From Candidatus Bipolaricaulota bacterium (GTDB lineage: Bacteria; Bipolaricaulota; Bipolaricaulia; UBA7950; UBA9294), in NCBI GenBank assembly GCA_003979035.1, contig RXOA01000119.1, positions 1 to 36,604 on the forward strand: a stretch of DNA of 36,604 nt, written 5' to 3'. The notes below the pieces were generated by a model. The model was not told where the DNA came from. It did not search any database and worked only from the letters and a program-made list of their open reading frames with translations. Positions 28,828 to 36,604 of the stretch are shown piece after piece (position 1 is the first letter of the stretch; every line of letters starts with the position of its first letter). The translations under genes and the position numbers were made by a program.

Positions 28828-28847
28828 GCCGTGGTGGAGGTGCAAGG

Positions 28848-30116
28848 ATGGCGGAAACAAGAATCGCCGGCATGAATGCCGAGAGCGGACGCTGGCTGTA
28901 TGTGGCGATCGGCCTGTTGATGAACCTTTGTCTGGGGGCGGTCTACGCATTTAGCGTGTTCCGACTCCCCCTGGAATCGACCTGGGGAATCAGTGCGACC
29001 CAAAGCGGATTGCCGTTCATGGTGTTCCTCGCCATGTTCGCGCTGTTCATGGCGCTCGCCGGCGGCCTTGTCGGCCGGTGGGGAGCAAGAAAAACGGCGC
29101 TGCTCGGCGGCGTTCTTGTCGGCGCAGGGTGGATCCTATCCGGGTTCGCAACCAACATCGCTCTGCTGACCGTTTTCTACGGGGGGATCGCGGGCGCCGG
29201 CGTAGGAATTATCTACGGGTGTCCGATCGCCGTCTCCGCGAAATGGTTCCCCGACAAGAAAGGCATCGCCGTAGGATTGACCGTGATGGGATTCGGTCTG
29301 TCCGCTCTGATCATGGTCCCGCTGATGACGCGTATGATCAACAACCCGGCGGTCGGAGCGCTGGGAACGTTCAAGTATCTCGGGATTGCGTTCTTGGCCG
29401 TGCTGGTCCTGCTCTCGCTTCCTCTTCGCATGCCCGCAGCCGATTGGAGGCCGCGAGGATGGACGGGCGGGGGCGCAGGCGGAGACGCAGCCGGTGTCGA
29501 TATTGACCGCAAGCAAATGGTGCGTACGAGTACGTTCTACGCGCTGTGGGGGACCTATGCCATCGGCTGCCTTGCCGGATTGATGGCGATCGGGATCGCC
29601 AAGCCGTTCGGAGAAGAGATCCTGCGGGCAGCTGGATACGGCGACGTCCGAATGCAGAGCCTACTCACGACGATGGTGGCTCTGTTTGCTGTCTTCAACG
29701 GCGTGGGCAGACCGCTTTTCGGGTGGCTGACCGACAAGTTGAATCCGCGGCGCACCGCAGTATTGTCGTTCGTCCTGATTCTGGTCGCATCGGCGCTGCT
29801 GTATCTTCTTGGCAACGCAAGCCCTGTGCTGTACTTCATTGCATTCGCAGTTCTGTATCTCAACCTCGGCGGGTGGCTTGCCATCGCGCCCACAGCAACG
29901 GCGACGTTGTTCGGAACGACCCACTACGGCAAGAACTACGGGCTTGTCTTCACGTCGTACGGCGTCGGCGCTATCGCGGGAATGCTCCTCTCCGGTGTCA
30001 TCAAGGACGCCACGGGGGCCTATCTTCCGGTGTTCCTTCCGGTCATGGCCCTTGCCGCCTTCGGGGCGATCGTGGCATGGTTGGGGCTGAAGCCGGTACG
30101 AGCCGCGAGTCGGTAG
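28848..30116 (+). CDS. OFA-family (oxalate/formate antiporter-like) MFS monocarboxylate transporter
   Basis: LCLGAVYAFSVF, GIIYGCP, KWFPDKKG, FNGVGRPLFGWLTDK, FGTTHYGKNYG. Confidence 0.9.
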   Translation: MAETRIAGMNAESGRWLYVAIGLLMNLCLGAVYAFSVFRLPLESTWGISATQSGLPFMVFLAMFALFMALAGGLVGRWGARKTALLGGVLVGAGWILSGFATNIALLTVFYGGIAGAGVGIIYGCPIAVSAKWFPDKKGIAVGLTVMGFGLSALIMVPLMTRMINNPAVGALGTFKYLGIAFLAVLVLLSLPLRMPAADWRPRGWTGGGAGGDAAGVDIDRKQMVRTSTFYALWGTYAIGCLAGLMAIGIAKPFGEEILRAAGYGDVRMQSLLTTMVALFAVFNGVGRPLFGWLTDKLNPRRTAVLSFVLILVASALLYLLGNASPVLYFIAFAVLYLNLGGWLAIAPTATATLFGTTHYGKNYGLVFTSYGVGAIAGMLLSGVIKDATGAYLPVFLPVMALAAFGAIVAWLGLKPVRAASR

Positions 30117-30136
30117 TTCGAGAGAAGGTCGTGCGG

Positions 30137-30186
30137 AGAGCAGTCGGCCCGCTTCCGGTCCATGGAGTTGATTGGCCGACTGCTCT
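30137..30186 (+). terminator. 13-bp perfect inverted repeat after the MFS gene
   Basis: AGAGCAGTCGGCC (30137-30149) / GGCCGACTGCTCT (30174-30186); weak U-tract. Confidence 0.55.
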
Positions 30187-30225
30187 GTTCTCGCGTACGC
30201 TTGCACCTCGGAATAAGGAGAGGAC

Positions 30226-30810
30226 ATGGAAGAAGGCGACCGTTCGAGGTCCAGCCGACTTGTTTGGATCGACCTGGAGACGACCGGGCTTCACCCGGAT
30301 CGAGATGTCATCCTGGAAATCGCAACAATTGTCACTGACAAAGATCTATCCTTGGTTGCCACTGGGCCATGCCTCGTCGTTCATCAGCCCGGAGAGATCC
30401 TCAACGCGATGGACCCTTGGGGCAAGAAGCAGCACGAAGACTCCGGCCTGCTCCAGGAGGTCCGGCAATCGACGCTGTCTACAAGCGATGCCGAAGCGCA
30501 GACGCTCGCCTTCCTGCGCAAACATGGCGCAGCTCAAAGCAACCCTCTGTGCGGCAATTCGATTTGCTTCGATCGTCGTTTCCTCATCCGACATATGCCA
30601 CAGATCGATGCGTACCTCAACTATCGCCATGTGGATGTCAGTTCGATCAAGGAGTTGGTCGCACGATGGTACCCCGAACTCAGCCGATCGATGAGCAATG
30701 AGAAAGCTTCCGCTCACCGCGCGCTGCAGGACATCCAGGAGTCGATCACCGAGTTGCGAACCTATCGGCAGATGATCTTTCGAGAGAAGCTCAATGGACA
30801 CGCTGCCTGA
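30226..30810 (+). CDS. orn: Oligoribonuclease (DEDDh)
   Basis: LVWIDLETTGL, ILEIATIVTD, PLCGNSICFDRRFL, DVSSIKEL, HRALQDIQESI. Confidence 0.95.
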   Translation: MEEGDRSRSSRLVWIDLETTGLHPDRDVILEIATIVTDKDLSLVATGPCLVVHQPGEILNAMDPWGKKQHEDSGLLQEVRQSTLSTSDAEAQTLAFLRKHGAAQSNPLCGNSICFDRRFLIRHMPQIDAYLNYRHVDVSSIKELVARWYPELSRSMSNEKASAHRALQDIQESITELRTYRQMIFREKLNGHAA

Positions 30811-31798
30811 ATGGAGTGATGTGCTGTCCGCCACGCGGATTCTTGACGGAATCGCGCACCGGACACCGGTGCTCACGTGTCGGACCTTGGACCACCTCAC
30901 GGGGGCGCACGTCTTCCTAAAATGCGAAAACTTCCAGCGAACCGGATCGTTCAAGTTCCGCGGTGCATTCACGGCGGTTCGCTCACTGGACGCCAAGCAG
31001 CGACGGCATGGCGTGATCACGCACTCCAGCGGTAATTTCGCTCAAGCGCTCGCTCTTGCCGCACGACTGGAGGGGATCACGGCAACCGTGATCATGCCGG
31101 AAGACTCGACACCGGCCAAGCTGCGCGCATCCCGTGGCTACGGAGCGCGCGTGATTCTGTGCAAGCCGGTGCAGGCATCCCGTGTGGAGGCCACGCGACG
31201 CGAGCAACAGAAATCCGGGGCCACGTTCGTGGATTCCCACGATGATGCCAGGATCATTGCCGGGCAAGGAACTGCCGTTTTCGAGCTTGTCGAGCAGATC
31301 CAATCCACCGAAGCCACACGGGACCACAGGTCAGCGTCTCCGCTCGATGTCGTTCTTGCCCCCGTTGGGGGCGGAGGATTGCTCGCCGGAACAGCGATCG
31401 CGGCAAAGCATCTCTGTCCGGCATTACGGGTGATCGGCTGCGAACCGAGCGCGGCGGATGACGCATTCCGTTCGCTGCAGGAAGGGCGGCGAATTGTCGA
31501 TTTCGTCCCTCGGACAATCGCCGATGGGCTTCGTACCCCGCTGGGCGAAATGAACTTCGCCGTTATTCGCAGCCTTGTCGACGAGATCATCACCGTTTCC
31601 GAGGCGGAAATCGTCGGCGCGATGCGCTGGGCTTGGGAGCGACTGAAAGTCATCATCGAACCGTCAAGTGCCGTCGCTCTCGCCCCGCTGCTCGCACGCA
31701 CTTCGCGGTTCCAGGGGGATCGAGTCGGCGTCGTCTTGAGTGGCGGCAATGTCGACCTCGATCCCTTCTTCGCGACAATGCCCGGCCCGTATCCGTAG
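30794..31798 (+). CDS. PLP-dependent serine racemase / threonine-serine dehydratase family, no ACT domain
   Basis: LKCENFQRTGSFKFRGA, HSSGN, AGQGT, PVGGGGL, TIADGL, EPSSA, LSGGN. Confidence 0.9.
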   Translation: MDTLPEWSDVLSATRILDGIAHRTPVLTCRTLDHLTGAHVFLKCENFQRTGSFKFRGAFTAVRSLDAKQRRHGVITHSSGNFAQALALAARLEGITATVIMPEDSTPAKLRASRGYGARVILCKPVQASRVEATRREQQKSGATFVDSHDDARIIAGQGTAVFELVEQIQSTEATRDHRSASPLDVVLAPVGGGGLLAGTAIAAKHLCPALRVIGCEPSAADDAFRSLQEGRRIVDFVPRTIADGLRTPLGEMNFAVIRSLVDEIITVSEAEIVGAMRWAWERLKVIIEPSSAVALAPLLARTSRFQGDRVGVVLSGGNVDLDPFFATMPGPYP

Positions 31799-31939
31799 CG
31801 ATCAACCGCTCCGTCGTCGCTTCGATGACGCGTCGTTCGCTTCGCATTTCCGATTGCGACTCCCGATCAGGGGCAGGAGCCGAACCGTCGCTTCCTTCCT
31901 CCACGCGATTCCGGTACGGTAGTTCGGGAGCGTGAGACC

Positions 31940-32911
31940 ATGGCCAGGACATTCGCGAAACCGATTGTATTCTTCAGTCATTGTCTGGGATTCGAAGCCT
32001 GTCGCTACAATGGAGCGATCATCCATGAGCCGGCGCTGGAGCAGATAAAGCCATTCCTCTCGATTGAATCGGCCTGTCCGGAGATGGCGATCGGCCTCGG
32101 CGTGCCCCGCTCCCCACTGCGGCTGGTCGAAACGGATCAAGGGGTACGGCTGGTGCAACCAGAGACAGATCGGGACGTCACAGATGCGATGATCTCGTTT
32201 TCGCGCCGTCTTCTGGACGAACTCCGTCCGGTGGACGGCGTCGTGTTCAAGTGGGGTTCACCATCGTGCGGTCCGCGCGAAGTCAGACGGTATTCGAGCC
32301 CCAAGCGCGGTGCATCGTTCACCAAGGGACAGGGGCTGTTCGCGCAATTGCTGTCCGTGGCGCAGCCATCCGTTCCAATTGAAGACGAGGGGCGCCTGAA
32401 GAACTTCGAGATCCGCGAGCATTTCCTCACCCGGCTGTTTGCCGGTTCCGCCCTGCGTCTGGTAGGAGAAGCCGGAGACCTGTCGTCGCTCGTCGCCTTC
32501 CACGCCGAGCACAAGCTGTTGCTGATGGCCTACAACCAGCAGAAGATGCGCGAGCTGGGACGGATCGTCGCATCCGCCCGAAAGGCCGGGTTCAAGGATG
32601 CCTTCGACCGCTATCGTCAGCTGTTCATGGAGGCCCTGTCCCGCACTCCCCGACAAGCGGCCAACATCAATGTTCTGATGCATGCCCTGGGCTACTTCTC
32701 CGATCAGCTGTCCCCGAATGAGAAAGGATTCTTCCTCGACACCCTCGAAGCATATCGGAATCGTCGAGTCTGCCTTAGCGCGGCAACCCGCGTCATGCAG
32801 TCTTGGATTGTACGGTTCCAAGAGCCGTACTTGGCGTCACAAGCCTACTTCGAGCCGTTTCCCGCCGCATTGGTGGACACGCTTGATTCCGGCAAGGGAC
32901 GCGCTCTCTAG
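31940..32911 (+). CDS. DUF523 (thiouracil desulfidase-like) + DUF1722 protein, YbgA-like
   Basis: SHCLG, CRYNG, CPE, GLGVPR, SPSCG, GLFA, EDEGRL, REHF, FH...KLLLMA, NVLMHALGYF, YLASQAYFEPFP. Confidence 0.9.
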   Translation: MARTFAKPIVFFSHCLGFEACRYNGAIIHEPALEQIKPFLSIESACPEMAIGLGVPRSPLRLVETDQGVRLVQPETDRDVTDAMISFSRRLLDELRPVDGVVFKWGSPSCGPREVRRYSSPKRGASFTKGQGLFAQLLSVAQPSVPIEDEGRLKNFEIREHFLTRLFAGSALRLVGEAGDLSSLVAFHAEHKLLLMAYNQQKMRELGRIVASARKAGFKDAFDRYRQLFMEALSRTPRQAANINVLMHALGYFSDQLSPNEKGFFLDTLEAYRNRRVCLSAATRVMQSWIVRFQEPYLASQAYFEPFPAALVDTLDSGKGRAL

Positions 32912-33104
32912 CAGGCAATCCCGACTCCGCGCTCCCCGTCGGTGCCACCTCGGTGTGGGAACGATCATCTCTTGTGTCGTCGCGCTTCAATCTCCGCTCC
33001 ATCGGAGGCCTCACGTATAATGGCTCCACCGGACAGAGGAGACGACGGGCCAACATGGCTACCATCGGTTCGCCCGGTACAGGATCGGAACGACAGGGGG
33101 ATTC

Positions 33105-34094
33105 ATGAGATACCGAAATCGATTGCTGATCATCCTCGCGCTTGTTGCGGCGCTTGCGGCGGTTCAGGGAACGGCGACGCTCGGCGCGGCAACGGGCAGA
33201 TACATCTCCGTAGAGATTGAAGTCTTTGCGCCTTGGGGGTTTCTCGGTCTCGGGACTTGGCAACCGCTTTCCGAGTCTCTCCAGCGATACAGCACGTTCT
33301 CTCTTCCGGCCGAGGAAGCCAATGCCGTGGGCGAAGCAGTCGTCCGCATCGCGTCCGTGAATCCATCTGCTTGGCCTCAGGTCTTGCTTTCGGGGGATCC
33401 CCGCGGCCACGCGTGGGTGTACGGAATCAATCCCGAGCTGGGCACGGCCTACCGCCTACGAGTCATCAACAACACCCCGGCTCGAGTGGGAGTTGTCGTC
33501 GAGATCGACGGACTGAATACGCTGGGGAGCGATTGGATTGCGCAAACATCGGATGACAGGATGTGGATTCTTGCCCCGCAAGGGGCGATGGTCATCTCCG
33601 GATGGCAGGTCTCCAGCCAGGAAGCGCTGGAATTTCGATTCGGCGTTCCCAGCCACACCCACTCTCCGCTCATCGAGCGGCGCGGCCAGATCACCGCCTA
33701 CGCCTACCTGGAAGCCGAGCGCGCGGGAGAACGGGCAACCGAGGCCGGGGCAGTCATTGATCAGCCCGTTCGATACGTCGACTTCTCTCCGCTGACCGAA
33801 CGTGCGGTCGAGACGATTTCAATCCGCTACGGGGCCGGCAACGCCTACTTGGGAGTCGGATGCTCTGAAACGTCGGGGACCGGCATTCGGGTCGATTCCG
33901 TGGATCCCGGCAGTCCGGCCGAACTGTACGGCTTGCGCCCTGATGATGTCATCACGTACGTCAACACCGTCCCCGTCTCAAGCTGCCAGCAGCTCTCAGA
34001 CCTGCTCGCCGCACGCCATTCCGGGGACCGCATTGTGCTCAAACTCCACCGGGAGGGACAGAGCTTCCTCGTCGCAGTGGAATTGGGGGACTGA
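33105..34094 (+). CDS. Exported protein: uncharacterised beta domain plus C-terminal PDZ
   Basis: Signal peptide MRYRNRLLIILALVAALAA; PDZ motifs YLGV, VDSVDPGSPAELYGLRPDDVI. A TATAAT lies upstream at 33016-33021. Confidence 0.85.
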   Translation: MRYRNRLLIILALVAALAAVQGTATLGAATGRYISVEIEVFAPWGFLGLGTWQPLSESLQRYSTFSLPAEEANAVGEAVVRIASVNPSAWPQVLLSGDPRGHAWVYGINPELGTAYRLRVINNTPARVGVVVEIDGLNTLGSDWIAQTSDDRMWILAPQGAMVISGWQVSSQEALEFRFGVPSHTHSPLIERRGQITAYAYLEAERAGERATEAGAVIDQPVRYVDFSPLTERAVETISIRYGAGNAYLGVGCSETSGTGIRVDSVDPGSPAELYGLRPDDVITYVNTVPVSSCQQLSDLLAARHSGDRIVLKLHREGQSFLVAVELGD

Positions 34095-34131
34095 GGACAA
34101 GCCCGCTGACCACGCTTCCGAAGAGCTGCGA

Positions 34132-36603
34132 TCACGGAGTCCGGGCAAGAACGATCGCCGCATCTCCCCGGCCGGTGAGTTGCGGCTGTTGATGGACGCC
34201 CAACCAGGAGAAGACAAACGCGTCAACCCTGGGCGCGATATACCGCGCCGCCTCGGCGGCAGTCACACGTTCATCGCCGTCAGCATCAGCACCGCCTTGC
34301 ACGGCTTCCAAGAAGAAGTACGTGAACACGCCGTGACCCAAAGCTTCGGACTCACGCGCGATTTGACCTTCTCCGGCGGCGGCGAGAATGACGGTCGAAG
34401 ACGACGCAAGTTCGTCCCAATCACGGTGCTCGCCTTCCTCCGTCGCAGGCCGTTCACCATCCGCTCCCTGCCGATCAGAAACCGTGCGCCCTCCTGCTTC
34501 GGCCCCTCCGGAAAAACACGTATCAAGCAGCAGAACAACACGTTGCGACGGAATTCTTCCGACGAATCCCGCCAACTCATCGTCCCTTAGTGCCGTCTCC
34601 GCCTCAGCGCCGACGATCGTGTCCCGCAACACGAACAACTCATCCCATCCATCCGACTCATCGCCGTTGTCATCTTCGGCTCGTGCCCCGTGACCGGAGA
34701 ACGACACGATGACAAGATCATTCTCACCCGCTTCCCGCCGCAGCCAGCCCAGCGCCTCCCGGACGTGGAGGAGGTCGGCGGGACCGGAGGATAGTCCGCC
34801 GACATCGTCGACGCGTCCTTGTTCATCGAGGAGAAGCCGAAGATGATCTAAGGGGACACCTTCCGAGAGGGCCCACCGAGCAATCGCTACGGCGTCCTCG
34901 CGGGCGTATTGGAGATCATTCACGGTTGCGTAGTCGGAAATCCCGATCGCCAGAACCCACACGTTCGCCGGAATCGTCGCATCACTCGACGAAACGACCT
35001 CGATCACGAAATTCGTGCGATCGGTCAGTCCTTCGTGATCGGTCACTTCAAGCGTTGCCTCATACGCTCCCACGACAGCGTAGGCATGGCGAGGATGTTG
35101 CTCGTCGCTCCGTTGCCCATCTCCGAACGACCACGACCACGCAATGATCACTCCGTCCGGATCTGTTGAGATATCCGTGAACGCCACCGGTTCTCCAACC
35201 AGCGGAGACACGGGGGAGAAAGCCGCTGTGGCGATCGGGGCCGCCCGCGGCACCACGTCGACCACGTCGGAAACCACGCCCGTCCGGCCGCCGGCATCTG
35301 TGACCCGCAAGACGACTGCAACCGGCCCCTCGTTGAGAAGCGGCAGTCTTGACACAGGATTCTCCGTTCGCAGTTCGACCACGCCGTCTCCCCCAACATC
35401 CCAAGCAAACTCGACAATCCGGTCCTCGGAGATCGACTCCCCCGCATCGACGACCAGCATGTCGCCGATCCTTGTCGTGCCCTCCCGCCGTCGCCCTGTT
35501 CCGTCTTCGGCGTTCCACGAAAATCGGGCCGTGGTCTCGGTTCCAGCCAGTCCGCCAACTTCCAGCACCTCGGAGATACGGGACGCGCTTCCTTCTTCGT
35601 CCGTTACCGTGAGACCCACGGAGTACGACCCCGCTGCCGGAAACGCGTGGGCGACGACAACACCGGATGCGTTCTCCCCCCCATCTCCGAACGACCACTC
35701 GTACGTCAGCCTGCCGCCGTCCGGATCCTGGCTTGACGCCGCGTCCAGCCAGAGAGTCAGCGGATCGTCGGACTGCAGACCGAACACGGTGAACGCGGCA
35801 ACAGGCGGACGATTCGCTTTGAGTGCATCAAGCTTGATCGTCACGCCCATCTCCAGTCGGACGCCGCCGCCAAGAACGACTCGACCCCGCAGCTTCCCCC
35901 AACGGAAATCCTTGCCCGCTTCAACCTCCAACTGCATCGGATCCTCCGCCCCCCTCGTCTCGATCCATGCAGCGGCGATATCCACTCCGAGTGCGGCGTC
36001 GGCCACAGAAAAGCTCAACTGGAGCGGGTCGTCCACACCCCACACCGCACCGAACCGGATCGATCCCCAAGGAAGACCGGCTGTCAGGCCAACTTGTCCA
36101 CGGATCGCCGGGAACACGCAGATCGAACCACTTACGGCAAGATCCTCGCGATGTGGTGTGAAGCCTCCGTCGAAAAGAATCTCACCCCGCACCGGAGAGA
36201 GATCTCTCAACGTCAACAACGCCTCCCATCTCCACTGCGATAGACCGACCGTGACGCCGATTCGCTCAAGCGAAGCCCCGGCGGGAACGGTCTGGAAGAC
36301 GCCGACATCCACCGTAAACGGCTCAAGAAGAAGCGATGCAGTGGCATCGAATAGGAGCCATCTCTCCGGCCCGGAAAGACGCCCTTGCAGATCCGCTGTC
36401 AGCGCAACGGAAGCGTCGGCGTTCGCTTCCGGATCGATCCTGCCAATCCTCGCGGCGGCTTCCCAGTGGAGCCAGCTGCTCCAAGCCACCCCGCCTGTTA
36501 GGCCTCGATCCGCTTCAATGCCAAACTCCCCGTCCTGCCACGTTACCGCTCCACTCAGCGTGGCGCGCCCGATGGCCTCCCCTCGCCATCCACCCTCCAC
36601 CCC
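34132..36603 (-). CDS. PKD-repeat + caspase-like (peptidase C14) protein, N-terminus outside the window
   Basis: Frame is open to the window end. PKD motifs DPDG...YEWSFGDG...LTVTD and DPDG...WSWSFGDG...LEVTD plus a degenerate middle copy. C14 motifs AIGISDY, FSGHG, LDTCFSG, HGVFTYF. Confidence 0.88.
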   Translation of the reverse strand, partial: GVEGGWRGEAIGRATLSGAVTWQDGEFGIEADRGLTGGVAWSSWLHWEAAARIGRIDPEANADASVALTADLQGRLSGPERWLLFDATASLLLEPFTVDVGVFQTVPAGASLERIGVTVGLSQWRWEALLTLRDLSPVRGEILFDGGFTPHREDLAVSGSICVFPAIRGQVGLTAGLPWGSIRFGAVWGVDDPLQLSFSVADAALGVDIAAAWIETRGAEDPMQLEVEAGKDFRWGKLRGRVVLGGGVRLEMGVTIKLDALKANRPPVAAFTVFGLQSDDPLTLWLDAASSQDPDGGRLTYEWSFGDGGENASGVVVAHAFPAAGSYSVGLTVTDEEGSASRISEVLEVGGLAGTETTARFSWNAEDGTGRRREGTTRIGDMLVVDAGESISEDRIVEFAWDVGGDGVVELRTENPVSRLPLLNEGPVAVVLRVTDAGGRTGVVSDVVDVVPRAAPIATAAFSPVSPLVGEPVAFTDISTDPDGVIIAWSWSFGDGQRSDEQHPRHAYAVVGAYEATLEVTDHEGLTDRTNFVIEVVSSSDATIPANVWVLAIGISDYATVNDLQYAREDAVAIARWALSEGVPLDHLRLLLDEQGRVDDVGGLSSGPADLLHVREALGWLRREAGENDLVIVSFSGHGARAEDDNGDESDGWDELFVLRDTIVGAEAETALRDDELAGFVGRIPSQRVVLLLDTCFSGGAEAGGRTVSDRQGADGERPATEEGEHRDWDELASSSTVILAAAGEGQIARESEALGHGVFTYFFLEAVQGGADADGDERVTAAEAARYIAPRVDAFVFSWLGVHQQPQLTGRGDAAIVLARTP

Positions 36604-36604
36604 C

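Overview
GC-rich bacterial chromosomal segment with no rRNA, tRNA, CRISPR array or intact mobile element. The taxon cannot be read from the sequence; signal-peptide proteins without lipoboxes suggest a diderm envelope. The left half holds a ~15 kb minus-strand sugar-catabolism cluster. In transcription order it has two tandem LacI paralogues, a monosaccharide ABC transporter, two Gfo/Idh/MocA dehydrogenases resembling levoglucosan dehydrogenase on either side of a xylose-isomerase-like TIM-barrel enzyme, then xylA, xylB, a D-lyxose-family isomerase, a class II aldolase and an atypical phosphofructokinase. Four abutting LacI operators sit under a clear sigma70 promoter, and transketolase lies nearby. 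The window has no glycoside hydrolase for this cluster and no transaldolase. The best candidate for an undescribed system is this cluster: a redox (3-keto-sugar) entry route feeding xylulose/fructose metabolism and possibly a transaldolase-free sedoheptulose-bisphosphate pathway. The right half is mostly housekeeping: DUF502-accD-accA plus an orphan hydrogenase maturation protease, a lytic transglycosylase, acs with an OFA-family MFS, orn, a serine-racemase-like enzyme, a DUF523/DUF1722 protein, an exported PDZ protein and a PKD-caspase fusion cut by the window edge. All family calls come from motif recognition and memory, not database searches.
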